Source: Eledone cirrhosa (lineage: Eukaryota). Taken from it: 64,000 nucleotides of DNA. The position numbers and the translations under genes are program-made. The DNA is taken from NCBI GenBank assembly GCA_964016885.1, contig OZ024745.1:66278001-66342000 (forward strand). The letters are read 5' to 3'. Position 1 is the first letter of the stretch, and each line of letters begins with the position of its first letter. Positions 1-13,925 of the stretch are shown one piece after another. Under the pieces are notes generated by a model. It was given only the letters and a program-made list of their open reading frames with translations, was not told the DNA's origin and did not search any database.

Positions 1-281
1 CACCTCATTTTCACAGATGAGAAAAGTATATTTTCTCGCCTGTCTTCTAGTCCAGCAGTCGAAAGCAGTGGGAGGGACTGTCCTGACGAAGGCCAGTTAA
101 GCCTGAAATGCATAGACGGTTGTCCTCCTTGCGTCTGCTGGACATCACCAGAGGGCGTTAGCCTCCCTCCTCCCCCGGTATTTCCATAGCTACGGCTTCC
201 TGAAACCGTATTTCCTTGGAGATACAAAATATTTATACATATTGTATAAAGCTATGCTTGAAGCGAAATCATATTTCTTTT
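1..281 (+). mobile_element. 3' end (pseudo-LTR) of a PLE or retrozyme running into (TA)n; begins before the window
   Basis: Contains a hammerhead motif (76-121) and ends directly in a TA array, like the PLE 3' ends later in the window. Confidence 0.6.
76..121 (+). ncRNA. Minimal type-I hammerhead ribozyme
   Basis: Stem I gactgtc/gacggtt; core CTGACGA (83-89); stem II aggc-cagttaa-gcct; GAAA (105-108); palindromic stem III tgca; predicted cleavage after TA at 114. Confidence 0.8.
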
Positions 282-301
282 ATATACATATATATATATA
301 C

Positions 302-343
<42 letters not shown>

Positions 344-453
344 ATATATATATATATATATGTATATATAATATATATATATATATGTATATATAATATA
401 TATATATATATGTATATATAAATATATAATATATATATAAAATATATATATAT

Positions 454-496
<43 letters not shown>

Positions 497-500
497 TACA
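282..500. repeat. (TA)n microsatellite
   Basis: Imperfect TA dinucleotide array. Confidence 0.95.
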
Positions 501-828
501 GAGTACCCGACCTCCCATGGGTACAAGCTGAAGCATATAAACAATATGCCCCCGCACCCCCCACTGCAAGGTGGTCGTGGAGGTGCCACGGCAAAAAAGC
601 ACCCAGCCCACACTGTAAAGTGGACGTGTAGGCGCCACGAAAAAGCACCCAGCACTCACTGTAAATGAGGTTGGTGTTAGGAAGGGCATCCAACTGTAGA
701 AATCAAGCCAGATCAGTTCCTGTATGAGCAAGGCATGGTCAGTCGACCAGACACTGCACACAAGAGGACAACCCGTCTAATCCATGCTAGCGTGGAAGAA
801 CGGACGTAAAACGGTGATGATGATGATA
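501..828 (+). mobile_element. RTE LINE 3' UTR and (GAT)n tail
   Basis: Matches the 3' UTRs of the RT-bearing copies at 5572-6443 and 8081-8925 (aaaagcacccag repeats, ggaagggcatcc...gtagaaa, gatgat tail). Confidence 0.75.
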
Positions 829-830
829 TG

Positions 831-898
<68 letters not shown>

Positions 899-2790
899 TA
901 AAATAATATATAATTGGTATTTTGTGTGTTTGAAGTAGGTTTTATATCCCACACTTCTATTTACTTATTCATAATTTGGATAGAAAGATGGAAATATATC
1001 CTGCAGGCTACTGTATTTTTAAGGGGTGAAGCCAAACAAGATATCCCTTACGGGGATTTATAGACATTATAATTAAACAAAATTTTTTCTTCTCCTGCTT
1101 TTGTTCTCCTCATCCCCTTCTCCCTCCTTCTTTTTTATAATAATAAGAGGAAAGGTTATGATGGTTAATCAATGCTGCCTGCCCATTTCATACTAGAGTG
1201 ATAGCCAAAAATGTGAGAAAAATAGAAGTTTAACAATACCTGAAATAGGAAAAACAGATAATGTGGCATTATCACAAAGTTGTTATAATCCAAATTGAAA
1301 TAGGAGGCACAAGGACAGTAGAGAGAAGTTTGAATATCTGGTTAAAGATGTTAGATGCAGAGGTGGATTTTCTGACTTTACAGAAAGTTTGTTTTTTTTG
1401 GCATAATAAAACTACAAGAAAGGTGCTAGATAGTTAAGGTTGCAAGAGACAGTTTGATATTTAACTATCCAAATGCTGAAAGAAGAGTGCATGCAGGATA
1501 GTTTCCTTACCTTGTCTGCATCTCAGAGATCCAGCAGATAGCACTTCCATAACTGTAAGGTTTATCCTAAACTAGAAATTCTCTCTGTTAGCACTACCAG
1601 GCCAGATATTTCTGGAAAGTATTCATGGTTGAAAATTCTAGTCAATTGATTTTTGTCAATGTATAAAATTGCTCTGATAACATCAGCACTTTTACCCATA
1701 GCATAATGAAGTGGAATTTTCATTGACTATATTGCCTGACTGAGAGAGAACTGTGAACACCTGAAGACATTACAGTTGGTATTGAACTCCACAATTATCA
1801 TTTGACTCCAAACTGCAGCTTGGTCAAAGAAACAAACTGGAATCACATTTTACAAATAGTGAACACATTTACTTTCAAAGAAATGCAGGGCATGTCACAT
1901 CTTCTGTGCATGACTACATATCATTAGTCATAACATGTCTAGTCCTCCACACAATGGCTGTTGACAGCAATTGAATTACTTGATCTGTGGAATGTGTGCC
2001 TATCAAATTTGGCAAATGTGTAGGTACTCCATTCACACAGATATGAACTGGACCAAGGCACAACAGTCAGCCTGTAATAGATAACAGAGGCAATGTAAAT
2101 ATCCACAATCTCATCCTGAACTGTTCATATTTATATCTAAACAATACATTATAATTTTATTTAAGAATTTTTTGTTAAGTAATGTTCTAAGCATTAGCTT
2201 ACTAATGAAAGTGTCAGATATTTTAATAAATTTCTTTAAATGTTTATTTTCAAAATTAATTGAGACAATGGCAGTGTGTTTCATTAGAAATATGGTAACA
2301 AAAAGAAATAGATAAAGAAAGAATCATGTCCAGTTACATAGTCTGAATATAGAAAATATGAATAATAGTAATGTATATTACAAAGATTTTTATATTTACT
2401 GATACACCAAGTGAAATACATTCTTGTCACTTAATTTTTAATAGGAACACAAATCAATATTCTTATAGAAATTAGTGATACTGGCATTTTAAAAATCATG
2501 TTATTTTTTCCTTTGAGGGCTATATTTAAGTTTGTATTTTTAGATAAATATTTTAAAATAATTATCTATTAGTTATTTTTGTTTCATTTAACTGTTATGA
2601 TTTTTCGTGCTACTAATTTTAAGTGTCATGTGCCTAAAGCTAATGAATTTCTTGAACATTTTGAAGTAATTTGTTGCACAAATATGGCAAAATGGTTAAA
2701 TTTGATTATCATTTTAAAAAAAGAGGAAGAACTACAACTATTGCTGATACTATTACTACTACTTGTAATAATAATGGTGATGATGATAAT

Positions 2791-2934
2791 AATAATGGTT
2801 TCTGATTTAGGCACAAGGCCAGCAATTCTGGGACAGGGTAAAGTCAATTGAATCGACCCCAGTGTGTGATTGGTAATTTATTTCATCAACCTTTATTTCA
2901 ATGACCTTATAAGGATAAAAGGCAAAGCTAACCT
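2791..2934 (-). mobile_element. SINE fragment (family of 13585-13925)
   Basis: Reverse complement of ctttgcctttcatcctt...ggccttgtgcctaaatcagaaaccattatt. Confidence 0.6.
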
Positions 2935-3489
2935 AAGACTTGTCCAACTGTTAATCAATACTTTTCTACAATATGTTTGGTCTCTACCTTTCAATTTCTT
3001 AGATGTTACGCTTATGAGAGGAAATGAAAAAAAAAACATTTCCCATAATTTCTGATCTGTTTCTTCTTGGGGTTGCAAGACCAAGTGAAAACATGCGAAA
3101 TTGAGCTGGCCTGTGAGCCCCTCCGAGGCCATATCGCACTGGATGGCATCCCATATGCTCTGGGGGGATTTGACATCTACAGGGGGAAGAGGAGGACTGA
3201 TGTCTACTGGGTGGAGCCTGGGCCGGTTCCAAGTCTCACAGGTGACTTCATGTTCCTCAACCACAGTGGGTTCCATTGTGTTGTGGATAACCCTGTTGAT
3301 GAGGACACGCCAAGAGGTTACTGATGAAAGAAATGCTAGCAAAGCGAGTGAGACCGGACACCAAAACCATCATCTCTAACAGCTAAGGTGACCAAGGCAA
3401 CCTCTCGACAGCAGCTTTTATCAAGACCAACATTTCATCTGTTTGGCAAGTGCCCATCCCAAATGTGCCCAAGGATGCTACACCCTCTG

Positions 3490-3830
3490 CTCTCTAATGT
3501 CCCAAATCCTCCACTCCTGAGGCTAGCAAAAACCCCCAAACTAATCAAAGGTGATGTCTTGACTGCAGTCACAGTGGTTGCCTCAGCGGACACAATCTTC
3601 CACTCCACCGAGGAGATTATAGCTGCTCTTCGGGTCAAGCATGCTAAGCCACCTGCAGACCTCAGACCCATACTCCCACCTGATTCTCCCCTTCTCTTTG
3701 TGGCATCAGACGCAGACATCATGTCTGCCATCATGTCCTTCAATGCCAGCAGCAGCAGAGGTACTGATGGTCTCCAACGTGGCCACCTCAAAGTGTTGCT
3801 ATCCATCTATCAGCCAAAGCCAAATGCTGC
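3490..3830 (+). pseudogene. Decayed N-terminal RT region of a CRE-like non-LTR retrotransposon
   Basis: ORF 3388-3837 contains ALRVKH..P and IMSAIMSFNASSSRGTDGLQRGHLK, resembling the SF..GS.GGPDGLRP.HLK motif of CRE-clade RTs; no catalytic core follows. Confidence 0.45.
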
Positions 3831-5571
3831 CTTCTGAGTGCAATTATTGATAGTAGTAGTATTGTTTAGCCCCAACCAGGTGTGACCATTCTCTGTTTTG
3901 CTGTATCAGTGAGTATATTATCCAATGTCATCATCATTGCCATCATCATCATTGCCATCCACTTCCATGCTGTCATAGGCTGGATGGTTGCCACAGTTCA
4001 AGGCTAAATGTGTCAGGGCAACTAATCTTGCATGGTTTCTACTGTTGCATGACCTACATAATGCCAACTACCTTACATGGTCTGCAGGATGCATTTTATG
4101 ACACCAGTATTATCACTTTACATAAGAGATTGTGTGAATTTTATTGTATTCTTTATTTAAGACAGTAAGATGTGATTTGAGTGAGAGTTGGTTGCTATTC
4201 TAGTATATTGAGTTGGCTCTCAATAATTTCTTTTGCTGTGAGGAGTCGGAAAAACTAATATATTGAGTGATGACCCTACTATAGAGTAAATCCCGCTCCT
4301 TTTAACTAGTTCCCTATCCACTTTTCTCTGGTAAAAGTGACAATACTTCATGAACATCTTTTAACTATTTGATTCTCTACCCATGAATGACTTCCTCCTT
4401 TCCCTGTAAAAGTATGGAAAATTTTGGAACTTTTTAACAAAAGCTTTTGTCAGCACTGTGTGGAAATTGAAATTCACAGAAGCATTTTTTCAGCTTTCCT
4501 ATCTTTATTTCTTGAATGAATTTTTTTATTCTTATTTCCATTGTCCTAAATATAAATTTACTTATTGCTTATTACCAACTGTGAAGGGGAATTCTTCTTA
4601 CCTGTTTTCTTTTTACTTATAATAGGATAAAATGAACCCCAATTTCTAGCTGACTGAAAGCTAATCGATTGGTTCCCTGGTTTTCTGAAAATTGTGATAG
4701 AATCCGCTTTTGTCAAAGAACCCCAGGCATATCTTTTTCATTATTTATGCAATATCTATTGTCTTTCGAAAATTATATTATTTGTCTTTGTACCAGTTAA
4801 CTGAAATTATGATATTTGTTTCATTTATCTTTGATATGGTTGTCACTAGAGAGTCACTGTCTGAAATGTTATACAATAGTCTCTGTTGCCAGTCATACTA
4901 TAGTTCTCTGTTTAAAACTGTGATGGATTAGAGTGTCAGTTAGAATGTGGTATTTGTTAAAACACTTCTTTATCTGAGTTCAAATCTCATCAAGTTTAAG
5001 TTTGTATATGTTCATCTTGAGTTCAATTGGTGATAGATTAACATGGTTGAAGTTGACAGGCTCCTTTCATGATGGAAAACTGAGTGAACTAAGACTTCTT
5101 CTAATGACAGCATTTAGGGATGTGTCAAGCGAATGAACTTGCATTGTGGCCCCATCATACTATGGTAATGTTGATAATGATGATGAGAAAGGGTATGATA
5201 TATCATCTTTTTAACGGCTTCTTTCCCTACTAGCAAATATATATATATTTAGATTGTCTTTGCACATATAAACTTGCATATCTGAGGAGATGTTGAAGAA
5301 AAGTCAGAACCCAGTCATTATGATTGTATCTTGACTTGATAAATATTGAACCAAATGTAATATGCCAATTAAGTTTATACATATGCAGCAACACTAATTT
5401 TGATTCTATTTAATTTACTTGTATTCTGCACACTACAGCTGCCATAACTCTGGAATAAAACCCAGCAGGAGACAGACCTCATAACAGCATTGAGTGCCTT
5501 GTATGCCATGCCACCTGTAACTGTAGTTTCACACCTAACTAACATATATATATATATATACATATGTATAT

Positions 5572-6443
5572 ATGGGAGGACTCTGTAGACACAGTAGACA
5601 TCTTCTGTTACCTAGGTGACCGAATTAGCAATGGAGGTGGGTGTGTTCTGAAAGTAAAGTAACTAGGGTAAGAGCAGGATGGAAGAAGTTCAGGGAGCTA
5701 TTACCACTGTTAGCTGGAAAAGGCTTTTCCTTCAAAATGAAAGGCAGACTGCATGATGTGCGCATACAAACAGCAATGTTGCATTGTAGCAAAGCCTAGG
5801 CTTTGTATTCAGAAGACTTGCATAGATTAGAGAGAAATGAAGCTTGCATGCTCCGATGCATGTGTAAGAGTAATATACATGAACAGCAAAGCATAAGTGA
5901 ATTGAGAGAGAGACTAAGCATAAGAGGAATCAAATGCTGAGTGCAGTACAGGAGATTACATTGGTATGGACATGTGATGTGTATGAAGGATGACAGCTGC
6001 ATAAAAAGGTGCTGAGCACTAGAAGTCAATGGAGTGGGGAGAAACAAGAAGACCTGGGATAAGGTAATAAAAACTGACCTTGCCCTATCAAAGGCGATGA
6101 CACAGGACTGAGACCTCTGGCGTTATGCAGTAATACAGAAGACCCAATTTCCCACGAGTACAAGTCGAAGCTGAAGCATATAGATAGTATCCCACCACAC
6201 CCTCCCACTGTAAAGTGGTCGTGCTGGTGTCATGAAAAAAAAGCACCCTGTCCACACTGTAAAGTGGTTGTGTAGGTGCCATGGTAAAAATCACCCAGTA
6301 CTCACTGTAAATGAGGTTGGTGTTAGGAAGGGTATCCAGCTGTAGAAATCAAGCCAAAATCAGTTCTGTATGAGCAACAGGACAACCCATCTAACCCTTG
6401 CTAGTGTGGAAGAATGGACGTAAAATAGTGATGATGATGATGA
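5572..6443 (+). mobile_element. 5'-truncated RTE-clade LINE (RT thumb/C-terminus, 3' UTR), decayed
   Basis: Translates with stops to FCYLGD..S..GG, GWKKFRELLPLL and RLHWYGHV; (GAT)n tail. Confidence 0.85.
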
Positions 6444-6689
6444 TATATTGTTGCAGAGTAACATTTAAATGACAAATTCTGTGTTTGGGTGATGAAATTG
6501 CCAGAAATCTGATACATTGTGGCCATTTCAATACTTTTACAAGTGATTGGCTAGGTAAGGTTTCATGCTAGTAGCAGGGGGAATGGGCTCCCCTGAGGAT
6601 AACAGCCTCTAGAAAGGAATCCTAATCACCCTACCCATCTCCCACACCTTTACCCCCCACCCCCGCCTCAGTCCCCAGATCACATGATA

Positions 6690-6915
6690 AAGGCACCCAC
6701 TTCACACTGTAAAGTGGTCATGTAGGTGTCACAATAAAAAACACCCAGTACACACTGTAAATATTGTTGGTTTTAAGGGCATCAAGCCATAGAAACCAGG
6801 CCAGAAACAGTTCTGTATGAGCAGGAAATGGTCATCTGATCTGATGTGACTAACAACAAGTTATCTAACCCATGTTATTATGAAAACAATGGTATATTAA
6901 ATGGTGATAATGATA
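6690..6915 (+). mobile_element. Diverged RTE 3' UTR / SINE tail
   Basis: cacactgtaaagtggtc repeats, aagggcatc, gat tail. Confidence 0.6.
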
Positions 6916-7239
6916 TCTTGAACCATAATTTCATTGGTGTTAAACAAATGAGAGTACACATTTTCCCTCTGAGCAGGGTTACTAGTAGATACAGCAGCAC
7001 TTAATTGCCATACTGTAACAAATATGGAAAGGAAGTGGTAAGAGTGCATGTATAAGATTTAACACACATGAGAGACAGAATATTTTCTTTTATGAAAGAT
7101 ATTTTTATCCCCAAATTATAAATGAGTAAAATGTTCCAGTTAGGAAGTTTCGGTCATTTTTTCAATTTATTCAATTTTTTCCTGTTTGGTATTTGTAATT
7201 AAGTACTGTATATATTATTTGTTTGCAAAAGTATAAATT

Positions 7240-7390
7240 AGGCGGTGAATTGTCAGAATCATTAGAATGTTGGATAGATTGTTTTGTGGTCTTTGTTCCA
7301 ACTCTTTGAGTTCAAATCTCACCACGGTCAACTTTTTCCTTCATCCTATTAAGGTCGATAAAATAGTACCAGTCCAGTACTGGGGTTGAT
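7240..7390 (+). mobile_element. tRNA-derived SINE, degenerate
   Basis: B-box-like gagttcaaatc followed by tcatcc..ggtcgataaaatagtaccagt, shared with 13585-13925. Confidence 0.6.
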
Positions 7391-8080
7391 TTTTCCTCTA
7401 TATCTCTTTCTCACTCTTCCTCTGGAAAAATTTACTGTGTTCAGATCTGGAGAGAGATGGGCTTAAAAAATGCCCAAGAAATGCTGTATGTCACTACAGC
7501 ACCCTACAACTCCATTAAGAGTTACAGGACCATACCATATATAAATTACGAGTAAAACATTTAAAATGTCATATTGATCTATAATACATGGAGGTTGTTT
7601 CTAATGTAACCATGCAATTTCCACGGGGTCAGCTAGTTATAAATAACTTAGTTCTCATAACTTGTCTGTTGCTGGATGTAAGCAAATTGAGTGAGATCAT
7701 CAAAGTCAGTTAATTTTCAAAGTCTTTTAGTAGGAGAAATATAGGTAACAGGTACACTGGTTGATTATGTCTCATTTTCCGATTGTCTTATTCCAATTTA
7801 TTGAGTTTTATTGGTAAAAAAAAAAATCTATACATTTCTCTTCAGATGACTTCCTTGTCCATAAAATTTTATTTTTGCTCTATCAGTCGAATACACTTCT
7901 TTTTCTTATGTCATCATCCATTAGTCTGCATATAAAGCTAGAAAAAAATCTTACATAGCACAAACAGTATATAAATGAATACATTGATCGTTGAAATGTT
8001 TAGAGAAAATTATTTGACCTAATCTATTCATCTACCTTACCTACCTACCTACTTCACTCCCTACACACACACACATATAT

Positions 8081-8925
8081 ATCATCATCATCATCATCAC
8101 CGTTTTACGTCCGTTCTTCCACGCTAGCATGGGTTAGATGAGCCGTCCCGTTGTGGGCAGTGTCTGGTCGGTTGACCATGCCTTGCTCATACAGGAACTG
8201 ATTTGGCTTGATTTATACAGCTGGAGGCCCTTCCTAACACCAACCTCATTTACAGTGAGTGATGGGTGCTTTTTCGTGGGGGGTGTGGGGGCATATTGTT
8301 TATATGCTTCAGCATGTACCCATGGGAGGTCGGGTACTCTGTATTACTGCGTGACGCCAGAAGTCACGGTCGTGTGTCATTGTCTTTGAGAGGTGTAATT
8401 GGGTAAGGTCGGCTTTTATCACCTCATCCCAGGTCATCTTGGGTCTCCCGACTCCGTGGTTTCCATGGACTTCTAGTGCTCTGCACCTTTTTATGCAGCT
8501 GTCATCCTTCATACACATCACATGTCCATACCAATGCAACCGCCTCTCCTGCACACAGCATTTGATTCCTCTTATGCTCAGTCTCTCTCTCAATTCATTT
8601 ATGCTTTGTCGTTTGCGTATATTACTATTATACATGCATCGGAGCATGCAGGCTTTGTTTCTCTCTAATCTACGTAAGTCTTCCACCTTCAGTGCCCAGG
8701 TCTCACTACCATGCAACATCGCTGTTCGGATACACGCATCATACAGTCTGCCTTACATTTTGAGGGAGAAGCCTTTTGCAGCTAGCAGTGGTAGTAGTTC
8801 CCTAAACTTCTTCCATCCCGTTCTTACCCTAGTTATTGTACTTTCTGAACACCCACCTCCGCTGTTAATTCGGTCACCTAGGTAGCAGAAGCTGTCTACT
8901 GTTTCTACAGAGCCCTCCCAGAGAT
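8081..8925 (-). mobile_element. 5'-truncated RTE-clade LINE
   Basis: ORFs 8753-8959 (VDSFCYLGD, GWKKFRELLPLL) and 8309-8719 (MLHGSETW, RRLHWYGHV, GRPKMTW); catcat tail at 8081. Confidence 0.9.
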
Positions 8926-11119
8926 TGGTGGTACTTATATATATATATTGGTGGTACATATATATATGTTATATTATATGTATGTTATATATATATATAT
9001 ATATATAAATATATATACATACAATTTTTTCCTGTCCGCGACTATAGTTTTTCATAGTTAAAGCTGCATAATGTTTTTTTTTCTCTTTTTATTTGTGTTT
9101 TAATTTACTCAGGTTAATCATTGGTTCCTTCATGAACATACTAAAAGGAAATCTTGTGTATATTCTCAGTTGTTGTTCATGTACATTATCCATTTTGTTT
9201 ATGACCAGTTATCAGTGCTTCATAAGAATAACCTCTATGTTGTTACAATCTAGTACTAAAATATCTAAACATTGCTATTAATAGTAGAAATGTATAAAAA
9301 CAAATTCCTTTGTGTACTTTTATTTTAATGGATATGTTATATATAAAAAAAAATCAAGTAAGAATATTTCTTATCTGTAGAATTGGTTCATAAAATACTA
9401 TCATTTTCCATATGAAATCATTTGCAATTCATTTTAAACATTTCAGCTTCCATTATCTTAATAATGCTATGTGACTTTTATATTTAGGTCTTCAATTGTT
9501 CTACTTTTGCATTTCTTTATATATATATATATATTTAGTGGCAGCAATGATAAAGTGTATCAGAGTTTTTATCAAGTAAATTACTAAGATATCACAGTCC
9601 ACTCTTGAAATAAAAATTGTATACGTTTCATTGTGCATGCACACACACACATACACAGACGTACACACACATATGTGCACACACTTACACAAACACGTGC
9701 ACACATTGATGACAGTCAGAAACATAAATGCAATCTGTATGTTAATAGCTATTACTGGCATTAGTTTACAATTTGTTCTGGATGTTGCAGATAAATATTA
9801 CTATTCTTGTGTAATAAGAAAAGATGTATTTTGTATTCAGTATTTTTAGCGCAATCATTTTAGAAGTTCAGGCTATTTTGTATTGGAAACTCATAGATTT
9901 TCTAGGGAGTTTATGTTGTCATATCGTATAGTTTTGCATGTCAACAGAAAAATATTTCTCATCACTAGTGCAAAAATAAAATACATTAACTCAGTTTTCT
10001 AAACAGTAATGAGTTTTCTTAATGTAATTTGCTAATGTCTATTTTTTTTTTCTTTTGAAAAAGAATCAGTGGATAATAAAGAAAAGGATTGTCTGACAAA
10101 ATTGTTTCTAAAGAAAATTTACAAAAGCAATTTTCTGAATATGTAAATTTTATTACTTTTATGTAAATTAGTTTGTTTCTGTTTAGCAAATGATATTTTG
10201 GGAAGAACTATCACTCTTCTTTAGGAATTAAATTAACAAACCAAATAAAAGAATTATCAGATTGTCTAATGAATAGCAGTTCTGATAAGACATAAAACTG
10301 TTCTTGTATAAAACATATTTGGATTAATAATTTTTATTTAGCCTTGTAAGACTTGATAACCTCATTAATGCTGGTGTCAAAATATAATGCATGTAGCATT
10401 CTTTGTAAAGTAGTTGGAAAATGAGTGGGAACGACAAGGATGAATATCTCTGTAGTGCTGGTGCCTTAATAAAATACCCTCACCAGTATACTCTGTAGTG
10501 TAGTTAGTAAGAAGAAAGGCATCTAGCTTTAGAAACCATGCCAAAAATGGAAAGTAATAGTGAGACATAACACTCTGACATCTTTAGGACAGGAACACTG
10601 AAGAAGAATTGACTAAGGTTGTGGTGACCTTTTCAGCTCATGCCAGTATAGGAAGCAGACATAATATAAAAGGTGATAATGAACATGTTTTAGATTTATC
10701 AATGATAGGTGCAATAAGAAATTGAAAAAAAAAATGGTCAGATACTGAGTGCAAAATACTCAATATGAAAATGTAAAATAAAATAGAATTATTTAAAAAT
10801 TAATATTTGTTTTGTTTAATGACAGGAATATAACATTAGAGATAACCTGCTGTAACTAACATTAGTTAGATCCCTTCACATATTTATTTGAAATTTCATT
10901 TATTTCAACTTCATCTTTTCTTTATCTAGAATCAATAAACCAAGTACCATCAGCAATATTTCGTTTGTATTTTTATTTTCAAAAAATATTTGTTTGGTTT
11001 AACATACATAATAAGGAAAATGAAATGTACAAGTATGTACAAGTTTGTTTCATTCAACTTTGTATTAGTCTAGCTGATGAGTAATATTGTCACCAGTAAA
11101 CTATATTAAAAATTATCTT

Positions 11120-11535
11120 TGTGACATGACGAATAAACACCAAGTACACTCTGTAAGGTGGTCGTGTTGGTGACATGACAAAAGAGCATCCTGTCCACCC
11201 AGTTGGTGAAACATCAAAAAGCACCCAGTCCACCCTGTAAAGTGGTTGTGTTGATGGCAAGGCAAAAATCATCTAGTCCACCCTGCAAGGTGGTGAGGCT
11301 GGTGACACAATGAAAAAGTACCCAGTCCAACATGTAAGATAATTGTTTTGGTGCCACAATAAAAACTACCAAATCCACACTATAAATGTAGTAGGAATGG
11401 TATGCAGCGATAGAAACCAAACCAGAAGCAGTTCTATATGAGCAAGTCATGGTCACCTGATCTGACTTGTCTCACAATGGGATAACTCATCTAACCCATG
11501 CTAGCATGTAAAATGGCTGTTAAATGATGATGTTG
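11120..11535 (+). mobile_element. Diverged RTE 3' UTR with about six copies of a ~45-bp unit
   Basis: Repeated aaaagcacccagtccac...gtaaagtggt units; ends in acccatgctagcatg...gatgat. Confidence 0.6.
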
Positions 11536-12990
11536 ATGCTTCTAATTATGATGATCTTTCTTGAGAATAAGTCAATTGGTTATGCATGGCCTTATCTGTA
11601 AGAGCTACACCTTATAAGATCTTAGATAAAATGGTGTCATTTCTTCACATGTGATTTTCAGCTTAAGTAATAGAATAACATGGATTGATAAACTATTGTA
11701 TTCAAGTGCAATTATTGTATTCCATTGCTAATGTACTAAGTGATAAAGAGAATGTCAGTACAATTTTATTATTACTCACAACATCATTTTAAATCGTTCC
11801 CTGCCAGCAAGTGTTGGACAGGTTTACATAGAACAAGTCAGTACTGATCTCCCAGACAGGCCAGGGGTCTGCATCTCATCTTGCTTACATACAGTCTTAT
11901 GTTCTGCCAAGTGCATAGGAGAGGTTGTCCTATATTTGACACAAGTGAAGAGCCTTCTTTGTTCGGCAAGCTTTCTAGGAATGGATGCACTTCCTATCAC
12001 CAACAAACACTACAACAATTCTTAGTTGTATTTTGAATTTTTTCTTCTTTTTTTATTATACTGATCTGGAGGAAGTGGCTGTGCCTATGGAGTTCAGAAG
12101 CCCACTCAGACAGTTGAGACAGATGTGCTTGATGTACTTGAATAATCACAGGGAGTGTATTGGTAGGGATAGAATTAAAGAAGAATGGCATTTGTAGAGG
12201 AAGGGCAGGGGGTTATGTAGAGAGACATAATATGGGTACCAAGACACAGAAAGATGTGTGAAGAGTCTTATGTAGAGGTGGCATGATATCTTCTACAAAG
12301 CAACTATGCACCCCTAGGCATTACTCCCACATTTCTCAAAGACCAGCCACATTGTGAATATTTGGTCACCTGTGCTGCGTCTGAGGCAAAACCACACTGT
12401 TTTTCAGTTAACTTGAACTCGACAATATCCGTACATCACTTTGCCAGACACTTAGCATAGACCATTTATGTCAAATGACATTGAGTGTAAAAAGTTTCTA
12501 TAGATATTTTCAGAAACTATATAATTACTAACAGAAACTACTTTCTTTTTCATTGATTATATACTATATACCCTAAACATTTATAAACAAGTCTTGTGAA
12601 AGGTTTCACAGCATTTCTTGTAAATCAAAAGGAAATTGATAAATATCTTCATTGAATTCATGTCCAATTTTTAGTATTTGATTTAGTTTTGAGTGCAGTG
12701 AATAATATTTCTGAGACGCAATCTAGTTTCATGTAAAATGTAGTATTAGAAATTTCATTACCTTACCTGTTGCTATACACTTAAGTCCAATCTAACAGTT
12801 GAAGAGCCAAGTAGTGAGTTCCTTTCTTTAAAATTCCATCTTTCATATTTGAAATATATTGCTCTTTACATTAGGTTTTAGAAATTTCTCTTACAAATAT
12901 GAATAGTCAACAGATAAGAGAAATCCACAGCTCTCAATGCATAATAAAGCAAGATCAACATGTCCAACAGTTCTAATAATATTTGTTCTA

Positions 12991-13390
12991 TCATTCTAAA
13001 ATAATGAGTTTAGGGCTAGTGCTTTTTCTGACCAAAATCTTTAATATTTCTTTTATACATGAATATATCCTGATAAATGTTTCATCACTACTGGAGACAT
13101 ACCTTCCTATGTCAATCACTAGTAATCTATTGTCCATGATAATTTCAGCAATAACAATATTGTTGCATTTAACATCAATAAAATATTTGGCAGTGTTTGA
13201 CATGATAATATGGCTAAGTTGCTCATATACTATACTCAACAACCCTATTACAGCACCATCTTCTCCACTCAACTTAGTCAAACTTATAAAAACACATGAA
13301 TATAGTTTCAACATCAATTGTTTCATTGACCCAAACACAGATGTCCACCCTACCACTTCTGTTGTGACTAACTTCAAAATCAGTAGACCT
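12991..13390 (-). pseudogene. Possible decayed APE (EEP-fold) endonuclease of a mobile element
   Basis: Open frame in AT-rich DNA ending LLVIDIGRY....ILKIL....PKLIILE, loosely like the APE ..IY..P...LIILGDFN region; weak similarity only. Confidence 0.25.
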
Positions 13391-13584
13391 ATAGTAATAA
13401 ATTGGCAAGTAGAGAAAGTGCAATATGCTTAGAATGCCACAATGGCACTCATAAAATCTATCACTACATCTCAGTGAGCAGCATTATCCTCTGCAAGATG
13501 GGGGATGATACTGTGGTATCTTCATTATGGATTGGCAGTATCGGTAGAGGGTCGGTCACCATGCTTTGAAATATAGAGTTATGG

Positions 13585-13925
13585 TCCTTGCCATTCTGAG
13601 TTCAAATGCCGCCGAAGTTAACTTTGCCTTTCATCCTTACGGGGTCGATAAAATAAAGTACCAGTAATACACTGGTTAATTGCTGGCCTTGTGCCAAAAG
13701 TAGAAACAATTATTACATAGCTAGCTAGGGTAGTGGATTGATAGAATCAGTAGAGCGTCGAATACCATGCTTTTTGGCATAGAGTTACCACCCTTTACAT
13801 TCTGAGTTCAAATCTAGCTGGGGTTAGCTTTGCCTTTCATCCTTACAGTAATGAACTGGAGTCGATTTCGTTGACTCCCCCTTCCCCAAAACGTTTGGCC
13901 TTGTGCCTAAATCAGAAACCATTAT
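13585..13925 (+). mobile_element. Two tandem tRNA-derived SINE copies
   Basis: Two copies of ttctgagttcaaat...ctttgcctttcatccttac...ggccttgtgcc..aa..agaaac.attatt. Confidence 0.75.

Noticed and set aside
1500-1560. Possible 42-nt minus-strand exon (ttacag|...aag|gtaagg)
   Set aside because: Splice-like signals only; no recognisable protein or partner exons. Needs RNA-seq.
2893-3342. 149-aa minus-strand ORF in a GC-richer patch
   Set aside because: No motif I can identify, and its end runs into SINE sequence; probably transposon debris.
11120-11400. ~45-bp repeated units resembling a CRISPR array
   Set aside because: Degenerate tandem units of the RTE 3' UTR with no unique spacers, in eukaryotic DNA.
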